A stretch of DNA of 63,235 nt, the filler included, from Octopus bimaculoides (Eukaryota), in NCBI RefSeq assembly GCF_001194135.2. It is 5 parts of 5 records of this genome, joined end to end, with 100 filler letters (N's around TTAATTAATTAA, not from the genome) between each part and the next. Parts side by side here need not be neighbours in the genome. Positions count along the whole stretch, not along the records: positions 1 to 8,135 come from NC_068996.1; positions 8,236 to 33,708 come from NC_068983.1; 3 more parts are not named here. The stretch is one strand, 5' to 3'. The notes below the pieces were generated by a model, which was not told the origin of the DNA, searched no databases, and saw nothing but the letters and a program-made list of their open reading frames with translations. The stretch's first letter is position 1; each line of letters opens with the position of its first letter. Below are positions 1 to 11,769 of this stretch, piece by piece. The position numbers and the translations under genes are program-made.

Positions 1-459
1 GTGATTAGAAAGAGGAGAAAGGTCACATCTAAAAGAGGAAGAGAAAATGAGAGGAAGAAGAAGAGAAAAAGAGAAAAAGAAAAAGGGAGAGAGACAAAAA
101 CAGAGAGTGAGAAAAAATGAAGAAAGTGGGCGAGGGAGTGTTAGGGGTCAAGATAATGTGAGGGGGGATGGGAGAGGTGTGGGGGAAGGTGAGAGGAAGA
201 GATGAGGAGGAGGAAAGGAGGAAAAGAATGTGAGACATGTGAGTAGGAGTGATATGAGGGAGGTGCATTAAGGGATGGGCAGAGGAAAGGTAAGGATGGG
301 GTTATACCAAAGTGAATAGTAGTTTCGGTAGTAAAGTGTAGGGAAGAATACAAGAACGTCAAATTACTATAAATAGACGTGTGTGATAGGTTAGTGATAG
401 GCAGGAATAGGAGGCAAGAATGTATATTTGCGAATATGTATACATATACACGTACACAC

Positions 460-900
460 GTACCTAACACACGCGTATATGCACATTTATGCTCACGCGC
501 ATCCATAGATGTATTGGCACACACATATGTGTGCGCATACACGTATATATATATGCACACGCACATACGTGAGTGCAGTTGCACACACATTTATAGTGAC
601 ACGCATGCGCGTATACAGGTACTTACATATACATTTAACATATATACACATTCATATATATTTGTATATATATAAATGCACGCACACATACATACATACA
701 TATATACATACATACATACATACGCGCACACGCACACATATATGTGTATATACACATGCACACACACACACACACATATATATAAATATATATATTTACA
801 TATACCCACATACACATACATGCATACATAAAATACCTGTACACATATTTTCTTATACACACCCACATATATCCACGTGCATGTTCATATATGTATTATT
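460..900. repeat. Compound (TA)/(CA)/(TACA) microsatellite; similar tracts occur throughout (e.g. 39930-40300, 49700-50000, 57480-57960)
   Basis: Direct inspection. Confidence 0.95.
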
Positions 901-904
901 AAAT

Positions 905-1459
905 TATTTTGATCCTTAAAGTAAGATGGGGGAGTTAGTTAACGATTAAAATTTAAAATGGAGATAGGTAGGGCTGTTGGGGATTAACTACGGGGTGTTG
1001 TAGATATATACTGTGTGGTTATTTAAGTTGCATTTAGATTTGTGGTACCATTTGAAGGTATTAAAAAAGCAGTGGTTGTGTTTTCTTAGGGTTTCATTAT
1101 ATTTGTTTAGCAGTGTTGAGGAGCTGTGTTGTAATATGTGGAATGCCTTTTTAAGGCATAATTTACAGGCTAAGCGTTGACCTTTGCATAGAAGCCTTGA
1201 ATCTATTATGGACCATGACAGAATGTAGGAAATATTTCTATTTTTGAGATGATGTATATATGACTGGCGAGTGTTGTGGATTTTCTGTGCTTCTCGTATT
1301 TAAAAGAATTGAGATGAGTGGCATATCGTTGTTTAAAGGTTATGGTTGATCCTACATATATGGCTGTAGAATTGTGTAATGTCTTGAGGATGGTGCATTT
1401 ATAAATTACATTAGATCTTCTACAATGGGTTTGTAGAGGGCAGAGGGACCTAGGATGGG

Positions 1460-1462
<3 letters not shown>
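905..1462 (-). mobile_element. Penelope-like element fragment, GIY-YIG endonuclease
   Basis: CPLQTHCRRSNVIYKCTI...YVGSTITFKQRYATHLNSFKYEKHRKSTTLASHI, then after a frameshift ACKLCLKKAFHILQHSSSTLLNK. Confidence 0.8.
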
Positions 1463-1522
<60 letters not shown>

Positions 1523-1525
<3 letters not shown>

Positions 1526-1772
1526 GAGGCGCGTGGCCTAGTGGTTAGGGTGTCTGCATCATGATCGTAAGATTGTGGTGTCTATTCCTGGACCGGGCGA
1601 CGTGTTATGTTCTTGAGCAAAACACTTCATTTCACGTTACTCCAGTCCACTCAGCTGGCAAAAATGAGTAACGCTGCGATGGACTGGCGTCCCGTCCAGC
1701 TGGGGAACACATACGCCATTGAAACCGGGAAACCGGGCCCATGAGCTTGGCTAGGCTTTAAAAGGGTGCATT
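1523..1772 (+). mobile_element. tRNA-headed SINE (family C here)
   Basis: GGAGGCGCGTGGCCTAGTGGTTAGG A-box head; body recurs at 34888-35105. Confidence 0.8.
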
Positions 1773-1779
1773 TGATTTA

Positions 1780-2087
1780 GTGGAGGCGCAATGGCCCAGT
1801 GGTTAGGGCAGCGGACTCGCGGTAGGAGGATCGCAGTTTCGATTCCCAGACCTGGCGTTGTATGTATTTATTGAGTGAAAACACCTAAAGCTCCACGAGG
1901 CTCCGGCAGGGGGTGGTGGTGACCCCTGTTGTACTCTTTCGCCCCAACTTTCTCTCACTCTTTCTTCCTGTTTCTTGAGTAACGCTGCAATGGACTAGCG
2001 TCCCGTCCACCTAGGGGGAGCACATGCACCATAGAAACCGGGAAACCGGGCCTATGAGCCTGGCTAGGATTGGAAAGGGCGCATAAA
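1780..2087 (+). mobile_element. tRNA-headed SINE: family B head with family C tail
   Basis: Head matches 47239ff; tail GAGTAACGCTGC...GGGAAACCGGG matches 1667-1770. Confidence 0.75.
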
Positions 2088-2095
2088 TAAAAAAA

Positions 2096-2140
<45 letters not shown>

Positions 2141-2141
<1 letters not shown>

Positions 2142-3400
2142 TAGAGGGAAAAGGACAACAAAAGGCAAGGCAAGGCGAGTATCTCAAATCATTTAGAATA
2201 TTTAATTAGAGTAAGGTTAATTTTAAGTAATTATTTATTGGATGTCTTACAGCTGTTTCTGGGATATCCCAAATGACAAGTGATCACCTCCATATACTGG
2301 GTATTCCGTCATCAGAGACAAGGTGATGAAAGTTCTAGACTGGGAATTGACAGTTTATACAGGAATAAAATTGTAGACAGAAGAATAAAGAGCAAAACAA
2401 TAGACTGAAGAATAGAGACAGAAGAATAAAATTCACAGTTCATCTTCTTCCAGAGGATATGGATGTTGGTCCGTACTTCCGTGAGGGTATAGGTCCTTAA
2501 GTATAATCTCAGGTAAACCCAAGCAGTATTTTTGGCAGTATTTGGAATGCTGCGTTAGAATAGGTTAAGTGGTCAGCTAGTATGAAAATGGTCCAAGTGA
2601 GTATATAGAGTGAGAAAGATAGACATCATAATAAACTGATATGGGTTGTGAGTGCGTGAATGGAAGAGAGAAGAGAGAGAGAGAAAAGAAAGGAATGCGA
2701 TAAGTGCGGGAAAGAATGAATGAGAGCGAAATAAAAAATAAAAATCAAAGATAAAGATAAGATGCCAGTATTATTCTTCGTAGGGATCAGTTCGGGATGA
2801 GAGGTCAGGTGCTAAGGTTTTGGTAAAGTAGTAAAGGTAGGCATTTAGATGAATTCTCGGTTCGGTGTGGTCAATAAGGATAGCTAAAAATAGATGCCTA
2901 ACTTAAGGGAGTATATACAGGATTAAGAATATAATTAAATAGATAAAAGATAAAAAAATTGAAGAATTAAAAATTAAAAATTACTATAGATTAAAAATAA
3001 CAAAAAGTTTTAAAAAGATTATTGCAACTAGCTAGCTTCTAAGAGACTTATGGTGATAGATGAAAGGAACGAAAGAAACGTACGTATATTGTAACGACTG
3101 TGTATGTAGGATGTATATAGGCAAGCATTATATGTGTTGATTTTGCTTGGATTTGTACCTGTGGAAGAATCTAAAGGTACGATAGAACTTATGTTTACAT
3201 GTAGAGAACGCTTTGTGCTGTTTATTGAAATGCTAACCTATCACTTGAGATATCCCAGAAATAGCTATAAGACATCCAATAAGTAATCAATTAAATAACT
3301 AATTAATTAATTACTTCAAATTCACCTTAATCTAGTTAAATATTCTAAACGACTTGAGATACCTGCCCTGCCTTGGTTTTTTCTCCTTTTCCTCTAATAT
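2141..3400. repeat. Inverted repeat, arms about 2141-2290 and 3240-3400 (Penelope-like pLTR fragments)
   Basis: TTAGAGGGAAAAGG...GGATGTCTTACAGCTGTTTCTGGGATATC is the reverse complement of GATATCCCAGAAATAGCTATAAGACATCC...CCTTTTCCTCTAA. Confidence 0.85.
2243..2320 (-). ncRNA. Hammerhead ribozyme motif (type I, palindromic stem III), stem II partly decayed
   Basis: Minus strand TGTCT-CTGATGA-cggaataccc...gggatatccca-GAAAC-AGCT-GTA-AGACA; stem I TGTCT/AGACA. Confidence 0.7.
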
Positions 3401-3836
3401 ATACCTGCTAACTAAAAAGCCTACTACGGATCCCTAGCTCCAGCCTCAGCTGTGAACTTGGAACCTAACATATGACCATTTATAGCACTTACACACCATA
3501 CCTATTGGTTTAGGTCACCAGTAAACTAAACCCCATCATATTCTATATGTGTGTGTGAGTATACATATATACATACATATATGTGTGTGTGTGTGTGTGA
3601 GTGTGTTTTAGATATACATACGTGTGTGTGTAGGTATGTTCATTTCGTTTCAGCCATTAGACTGCGGCTAGGCTAAGATACCACCTTGAGGACTTTTAGT
3701 CAAATGAATCGATCCCCAGTACTTATTTTAAGACTTGGTGTCTATTCTATCAATCTCTTTTACTGAACCGCCAAATAAGGGGGATAACACAGAGACACAA
3801 AGACACAAAGACACACTCACACGCGCATACACATGC

Positions 3837-3870
<34 letters not shown>

Positions 3871-4465
3871 NNNNNNNNNNNNNNNNNNNNNNNNNNNNNN
3901 NNNNNNNNNNNNNNNNNNNNNNNNNNNNNNNNNNNNNNNNNNNNNNNNNNNNNNNNNNNNNNNNNNNNNNNNNNNNNNNNNNNNNNNNNNNNNNNNNNNN
4001 NNNNNNNNNNNNNNNNNNNNNNNNNNNNNNNNNNNNNNNNNNNNNNNNNNNNNNNNNNNNNNNNNNNNNNNNNNNNNNNNNNNNNNNNNNNNNNNNNNNN
4101 NNNNNNNTTAGAAGCAAGCTTCTTACCACACAGCCACGCCTGCAACTATACAATAATAACTATATAATAATATATCATAATATATAGTCTTACCTTCTTC
4201 AGCACATCTAAACCCTTTGAAACACCTTCCCAATCCACCACGTTGAAATCTGCTGGCGTCCTTAATTGTTTAGCGCCAAAATGCAGACAGCCTCAGTGTG
4301 AAAAGTAGTCAGCAGCAGCAGGAAAAATATTCAGAAGCGAATATTAAAAAAAAAAACATTATAACAATATGCATACATGTATAACATATTATGCTTTACA
4401 TATACAATATATAAAAATACCAGCAATTATTAAAATATATAACGTAGAGCATAGAAAGTAGGATA

Positions 4466-4592
4466 GTATCTTACAGCTGTTTCAGCCAAGAGGCCATAGT
4501 ACCCCACTCTAGTTATATCCCTTCAGTGAATTGAAGTATTTGGTAGATAAGATTTAGGCACTAGGGTGTGCCTCTGGGCTTTGTTAGAGAGT
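4466..4592 (-). ncRNA. Decayed hammerhead motif (mirror copy of 5504-5631)
   Basis: GGCT-GAAAC-AGCT-GTA retained; core reads CTAACAA instead of CTGACGA. Confidence 0.55.
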
Positions 4593-5146
4593 TTAGAAAG
4601 TTCATATGGTTAAGTTATAAATACAAATACATATACATATACACACTTATACATATACATACATATACATAAATATACATAAACATATATATATATATAT
4701 TTCTATATTTTTATATTCATATGTATATGTATATGCATACAAAGGAATCAATTATTATTATTAGGTGTATTATATTATTCTTATTAGATAAAGTATAAAC
4801 AGAGGAAGGAGAGAGTTATCAAAAGAGAAATAATAGTGGAATATAAAAAATCAATATATCTTAAGATTATTGTAGTTATATAGGAATGAAAAGGTATATA
4901 AATGAGGCATACATAAGTATATATATATACTACAAGTGGGTTAGAGTTTAAACTCTAACTCACTTATAGTGGACCTTTGTCTAAAACCCTCAATAGAAAA
5001 CATATTGAATGTTTATATGAATATATATATATGTTTGTGTATAATTATTATAAGTATATAAAAAGAAAAATACAAACTATTGAAATAATCCTCCCTTCTC
5101 AACACATGTAATATGTATGTACCTATGGGTATGTTTGTACGCAGAG

Positions 5147-5179
<33 letters not shown>

Positions 5180-5503
5180 TGTATGTATGTATATTTATGT
5201 ATTCCTCATTTACATACCTTTTCATTCCTATATAACTACAATAATCTTAGGATATATTGTTTTTATATTCCACTATTATTTCTCTTTTGATAACTCTCTC
5301 CTTCTTCTGTTTATACTTTATCTAATAAGAATAATATAATACACTTAAGAATAATAATAATTGATTCCTTTGTATACATATGCATATAAATATAGAAATA
5401 TATGTACATGTGTTTATGTATGTTTATATGTACGTATGTATATGTATAGGTGTGTATATGTGTATGTATTTGTATTTATAACTTAACCTTATGAACTTTT
5501 TAA

Positions 5504-5631
5504 ACTCTCTGACGAAGCCCAGAGACACACCCAAAGTACCTTAATCTTATCTACCAAATACTTCAGTTCACTGAAGGGATGGAAGGAGAGTGGGGTACTT
5601 TGGCCTCTTGGCTGAAACAGCTGTAAGATAC
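5504..5631 (+). ncRNA. Hammerhead ribozyme motif with intact core and long branched stem II
   Basis: CTGACGA (5509-5515), AGCC-c-AGAG...CTCT-t-GGCT, GAAAC (5614-5618), AGCT, GTA (predicted cleavage after 5625). Inner helices CCAAAGTACC/GGTACTTTGG and CTTCAG/CTGAAG. Stem I is short (TCT/AGA). Confidence 0.7.
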
Positions 5632-5695
5632 TATCCTACTCTCTATGCTCTACGTTATATATCTAATAATTACTGGTATTTTTATATATTGTATA

Positions 5696-7036
5696 CTAGC
5701 AGTATAGCCCGGCGCTGCCCGGGATTAAGCTAGGATTATTAAGTGATCAAGTGTTTTATTTCAAACCAAAATAAGTAACATCGACATCAGATTTGAACGA
5801 AATCCGTTGAAATTGGTTTGGCTGAAAATGGTTTGCTGGCAATTTGATTGGGAAATCCCATAAGGAATCAGTTTATTGGTTATTTCCACTCATTGACTGT
5901 TTTTTTTAAAGTTGCATTAGAGATCTGCATAGGAGAAGGTTGATCTGAAGGTTTGCATTGGGGATGTGGATTAGAGTAACTTAAGAAAACTTACCAACAG
6001 CCTTAACCAAAAAACAAGGGGCCTGTCCCTTCTAGGTTAACTCTAACCCTAACCCTAAACCCTTACCCTAACTCTGACCCTAAAACCGTAACCCTAATAC
6101 CAACCCTAATCCTAATCCTAACACTAACCTTAACCCTAACCCTAATCCTAACCGTAAAACTCTAACTCTAACCCTAAAACCCTAACCGTAACACTCTAGT
6201 GGAAATCGTGCGGGTGTTAATCTAAAAAATTACTAAACCCTTTTTGTGGTCCGAAAAATAGGTTGGTGGGGGTGACTGACAAATTGTTACATACGTATTT
6301 TTTTTCATAGTTGTGCAATATAAACAAAACTCTTACGCTCCCAAAGTAGTATATGTGCGTGTGTGTGAGAGTGAGCGCGGGGAGAAAGATGAACGATTTA
6401 AAATAGATAAATGATTTAAAATAAATATATTTTAATTGTTGTGTGAGAAAGTATATATAATCTCATTATAGAATATAGTGTCTTTCAAAGACATCGTATA
6501 TTTTAAACTATATCTCATGTTTAAGAAAAAAAAATGAATTTTACATTTTACACTTACTCTGTCTTCCTTACCTACATTTTCTGTCGTAATACGCTTTGTC
6601 TCCCTCTTCCACTTTTTCGTTCTTTTTTTTTCTTTTAGACGCTGACAAAGTAAAATCTGTCTTGCTTAGAAAAATTTTCTTTGCTTTCTCTCTCCCTTTC
6701 CCACTTTTTCCTTTTTTTTTTCTTAGACGCTAGTAAACACTCAGTATCTCCCCCCTGTCACAAACACACTATTTCTGTCTCTCTCTCTTTCTCTCTCTCC
6801 TTCACACGCGTACGCACAGATTTGACTTCGCCATGTCAACAAACTTATAAATTGGTAAAAGTTTATTGATTTTTACAGCTATACGCGGGTGCCTTTGAGA
6901 GAAAAAGTTGGCAAAAATGCAGATAGGTTCATGACAAATCTCCTCCTAAACTTGGAGCGACATGCGTGCTAATTTGTGGACGTGCATAAAGTATAATCAC
7001 GTACACGCACACACATCTCGGCTTTTATAGATATGA
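5696..7036 (-). mobile_element. Non-autonomous Helitron
   Basis: Minus strand starts TC(ATATCTATAAAAGCCGAG) and ends with a CCCGG-gcagcg-CCGGG hairpin shortly before CTAG. Inserted between A and T with no TSD; empty site inferred from the other fold-back arm. Confidence 0.85.
6040..6195 (+). repeat. Degenerate (CCCTAA)n telomere-like tract inside the Helitron
   Basis: About 25 imperfect CCCTAA/CCTAAT/CTCTAA units. Confidence 0.85.
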
Positions 7037-7485
7037 TGCAAAGCATATTATGCCATACATGTATGTATATTGTTATAATGTTGTTTTTTTTAATAATAGA
7101 CATAATATAATGTCTAAAATTTGATGAATACCACCTCTTGATACCTTCCGTTTTCTTATTGCTGTATAAATTAAGGGTAAAAAGAACTCTTTACCCTCAC
7201 CCATTTATTACATTCAGTAGTGTAATTGCCATGCAAATAAAAAAAAAACACTTGTGTATTGATAATTGGGTTTTCTACCAGCAGTATATTGGATAGATAT
7301 TATCCCTTAGTTGGTTGGATTAGCAACCTCTAAATGTTTTGGAATTAAATATATNNNNNNNNNNNNNNNNNNNNNNNNNNNNNNNNNNNNNNNNNNNNNN
7401 NNNNNNNNNNNNNNNNNNNNNNNNNNNNNNNNNNNNNNNNNNNNNNNNNNNNNNNNNNNNNNTATATATATATATATATATATAT

Positions 7486-7606
7486 GAGGAAAAATCCGCA
7501 GTTATTTAATTCATCCATGAAAATCCACACTCACATATAGAAAAATTTAATAAGTAAATACACTAAGATTTTCATGGATGAATTAAATAATTGTGGGTTT
7601 TTTCTC
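7486..7606. repeat. 40-bp-arm inverted repeat (hairpin/MITE-like)
   Basis: 7486-7525 is the reverse complement of 7567-7606, with a 25-bp perfect core TTATTTAATTCATCCATGAAAATC plus flanks. Confidence 0.85.
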
Positions 7607-7736
7607 TAAATTATATATTTATATATTATACATAGTGAAATTCAATTTAATTTTGATAAATTAAATTGAATTTTTCCCTGTAAATTTAGAATTTTTTCCC
7701 TAATATTATTATATATATATACATATATACATATAT

Positions 7737-7955
7737 ATCAAAATGTTCCCTGACTAGTTCTGTAGCGCGCTAACTATTGCGTGTGCAATGAGAACTAGCA
7801 GTGACCTTCATGAAGCAGTGTGCCGAGTGACATTGCTGTGTTCACTCCAGAAGTTATGAAATTTGTGTTTTTGTGATCACGTTTATGCTGTAGTCTGCGA
7901 TTTTTGTCATGGACAGGAAGATGGAAAAGGGCTAACGTGAAATTTTGCGTTTGTG
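7737..7955 (+). mobile_element. Mariner 5' end remnant
   Basis: TIR-like TCAAAATGTTCCCTGACTAG, then ATG at 7909 giving MDRKME/(frameshift)RANVKFCV, a typical mariner N-terminus. Confidence 0.55.
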
Positions 7956-8040
7956 ATGTTGATAAACGAGTTGTTAGACTTCAATATTCTTACGGTTTAG
8001 AATAAAAGTCTTAAGATGTGACACAAACACGCACATACAT

Positions 8041-8071
<31 letters not shown>

Positions 8072-8241
8072 CATACATATATACATACATATATACATAC
8101 ATATACATACATATATATGCATACATATATATATANNNNNNNNNNNNNNNNNNNNNNNNNNNNNNNNNNNNNNNNNNNNTTAATTAATTAANNNNNNNNN
8201 NNNNNNNNNNNNNNNNNNNNNNNNNNNNNNNNNNNTTTCTT

Positions 8242-8522
8242 TGTATGACGGCCTGTCTTTGATTATGTTCTTATATGTCGCATTCACACTCTCACACAGA
8301 CATACATCTTTAACGATACAATAAATATATCTGTTATTCATCTAATACGGTTGTGGTCTTTCATTACTGGTCATCTATGTTATCGTCGTATAACATTATG
8401 TATATCATCATCATCTGATATATATTTGTATGTTCGACCGTGTGACGCGTTTAAATAAAAGGAGTCCTCTGTTTTTCCATTCGTCACCATTTCTCCTTTT
8501 ATGAGTTCGCACGGTCGTCCCT

Positions 8523-8527
<5 letters not shown>
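8242..8527 (+). mobile_element. Possible solo LTR
   Basis: TGTA...TACA termini, internal AATAAA, inserted next to a (TA)n tract. Confidence 0.35.
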
Positions 8528-8556
<29 letters not shown>

Positions 8557-10318
8557 CAGCTATTTGGCTTTTTGTCACAAAAAAGGACACTCAGTATGAG
8601 TGATACAGCAGTAATATATCGTCGAATAGTATATTATTATTGGTTATAGCAGAATATGACTGCCAGTTTCACAGACTTGCTGGTTGGAAACGTGTAGCGT
8701 CTTCTACCCATCTATCTAGCTCTGTGTGTGTGTTCCTTCAAGCAGTTATGTAGGGACGATGCCTTGGCATTGTCAAGAGGGGGAAACAGCCACGCCCTCG
8801 ACAGGCTCAGGAAGGACCCAGCCTATACCCTCAAATTCCTCAGGCTCAAAATTACAACAGAGACAAGCTTTAAAATAATTTCCTAGTTGATACATTAGAC
8901 ATAGACCCAGATTCTTAAAAACCCCTTCCAGAAACGAAATAGAGGCAGACATTAACACAGCTTCCTGGGATCTGCAACTTACCTTCCGGTGAAGAGATCA
9001 ATGCAATGCCCCTGTACTATAACTTCTATAACTGCAAGCAGTTTCAAAAATAGCATTTGTTATATGCTCAACCCTAGCCCCACTTAGAGAAAGTTCCACT
9101 TAAAGTTATATGGTTTGTATGCATGCTCATTTTCTCTAAATGGTAAGACTTGTGTAAGTGGGATTCTCCTTAGAGAAGTAGATAAGCATTTTCAACTGAC
9201 ATATAAATACAGGAAATTTTTAAATAGGCACACCTTGAGGGTCTGAATACCTAACAAAGCAAATATAACTAAAAGCCGAAATCATTCAGAGAAGCAAACT
9301 GCTCATGCAGAAGTAATGCCATATGCCCACTAAATGGCTAATGTAAGACAGGGGCCATTGTGTGTAAGGTGAAGGTAGTATCAAAGGATCCCACTGGAGT
9401 GACTCAAGCACAGAGATAAGTTGGTGTTAAAGAAAGTCCTCTCAAAGCCAGTCTGAATACTCACAAGTCTTATTTTAAAATCCAGGAGAGAGATGTAATG
9501 CCACAACATTGATATGACACTTATGGCTATTAAAAAGATGCTGGCAGACTACACTTCAGTAGTAGTAGGGGGTGCAAACTTTATTTAGCAAAGAAAGGGA
9601 TTATCACTATATATATACAAGCAACAACCCCAGGTGATATTAGCTTTTAAAGAGAAATGATGGAACAACACCACACAAATCCCTTCAGTAACAGGATATG
9701 TAGTATGTCTGCCACCATGTTAATTGATAGGACATATCAAATGGACTGTATTGGCTTCATTTGAAGTCATACTTTACATTCCATTTGGCTGTAGATAGTT
9801 ATGAAAGGGTGTAACATGACGATCAGAGTATTTTGTTCAAGTAAAATGAAAGACTCCAATTGTAGCCACAAAAGACATTGGCAAGATCCACTTTGAGATT
9901 TACTATAGGTAAATCTTAGCATAGAATTTGAGTCCAAAGTAGCAATTGTTATTTCAATATATTTTTGTGTTTCTTCAATCAAAAAGATAGTGTTTTTAAA
10001 ATGGGTTGGTAGTGCATATTCTGGAGTTCAGAGGATATCTAATTATGTGCCATGAGCAACATGTAGTTACTGAGCTATGACTAATGTGTGTGTTTGTGTG
10101 CATGTGTATGTGTATGTATGGGTGTATATATGTATAGATATTTGTATGCATGTATATATGTGTACATGGAAAGCGGACGTTAAACGATGATGATGATGAT
10201 GATGATATTACATGTACATCTATATATATACATATACATGTATGCATATAGATCTAAATCTATATATATATATCTATACATATACGTGTATATATACATC
10301 TATATGTATACATATACA

Positions 10319-10350
<32 letters not shown>

Positions 10351-11086
10351 CATCTATCTATATATATATATATATATATACATGTATATGGATACATTTG
10401 TGCAGATATATATATATGCATGTTTGTATGCCTGTATATATGTGAGAGTATAGTTTCACTGTAGTAGTTTCAGTATGAAAATGAAGCCACACATACACAC
10501 ACATGCACACACTACACACATACTTCAAACTGTCAAACACCTTTCTACTGACCATTCCTCTATGCACATGTGAAGAGATGCACAACTGCACAAAAAGACC
10601 ACTACTCCTGCTACCATGCTACTGAATTCTTCCTACATCAAGTGACACAAAGTTCACTCACACACATATTAACAGACAAATCCATGCACACACACACACA
10701 CCACACATACACACACATATGCACACACACACACACACACACTTGCGTGCATGCACATACCCACATATACCTCCTTCTCTTACACTCTCCTGTCTTAGAA
10801 AGAACTTTTTCCTCACCCATTCCCTTCCAGTCATTTCAAAATGTAACCACATGTGAATTGTTGGCAATTTTCTTCCTTCATCTTCTTTTCTATTGGACTT
10901 TCCTCTGTTTCTGAAGAAGTGCATTGCTCAAAACGTTAAACCATCTTTCTTTCCTTCCCTCAGCAGTCTGCTAATACTTCACATGTACCACGTCCTCATG
11001 TTGTTGTGTTTTTTTTTTTTGTTTGTTTGTTGTTCTTCTTTTTTGGGATTTACTACATTTATATATATATATATATNNNNNNNNNN

Positions 11087-11450
11087 ACTGTGGCCATGCT
11101 GGAGCACCACCTTTAGTCGAGCAAATCGACCCCAGGACTTATTCTTTGTGAGCCTAGTACTTATTCTATCGTCTCTTTTGCCGAACCGCTAAGTTACGGG
11201 GACGTAAACACACCAGAATCGGTTGTCAAGCGATGTTGGGGGGACAAACACAGACACGCAAACACACACACACACATACATATATACGATGGACTTCTTT
11301 CAGTTTCCGTCTACCAAATCCACTCACAAGGCTTTGGTCGGCCCGAGGCTATAGTAGAAGACACTTGCCCAAGGTGCCACGTAGTGGGACTGAACCCGGA
11401 ACCATGTGGTTGGTAAGCAAGCTACTTACCACACAGCCACTCCTACGCCT
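11087..11450 (-). mobile_element. tRNA-headed SINE family A (most abundant here)
   Basis: Head GCGTAGGAGTGGCTGTGTGGTAAG...GGTTCAGTCCC, internal (TG)n, conserved tail; more than 12 copies in the window. Confidence 0.9.
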
Positions 11451-11769
11451 ATATATATATAATATCTGGAAAGTTTGCCACAAACAGTTATGCTACACAG
11501 AAAATATTGTCAAATGAATAAAGAAATTTGAAATGATTTGAGAAATTGCTTTACCCCTTTCTTTCTGGTTGAAACAATTACATACCAAGAGGAGAAATTC
11601 ATCTTTTGTCTTGCGGCAAACTTTCCTACGGCCAAAAATCCTGAGGCGAATTTTCCTGTGGCAAACTTTCCTAGAACCATTGTGTGCATGTGTGTATTAA
11701 ACTCTTCAGAAAGTTGAAATAAGGCATCTTATCCGAGATAGGGAGTTGAGCAGATGCTAAATATTATGT

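Larger units (their letters stand above)
4341..7095. repeat. Large fold-back: left arm about 4341-4920, right arm about 5185-5695 plus 7037-7095 (split by a Helitron)
   Basis: Arms align as reverse complements over about 550 bp apart from microsatellite length variation. Confidence 0.9.

Noticed and set aside
379-919. Many ORF-track entries rich in H/T/Y/I/C/V/M (also near 10000, 39900, 49700, 57500)
   Set aside because: Translations of (TA)/(CA)/(TACA) microsatellites.
1523-1600. tRNA-like A/B-box heads at many positions
   Set aside because: These are SINE heads continuing into SINE bodies; no full cloverleaf with acceptor stem, so not called tRNA genes.
8180-8191. TTAATTAATTAA island between N runs (also 33753-33764, 44377-44388, 60356-60367)
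   Set aside because: Identical 12-mer always embedded in gaps, with stops in all frames; most likely an assembly spacer rather than biology.
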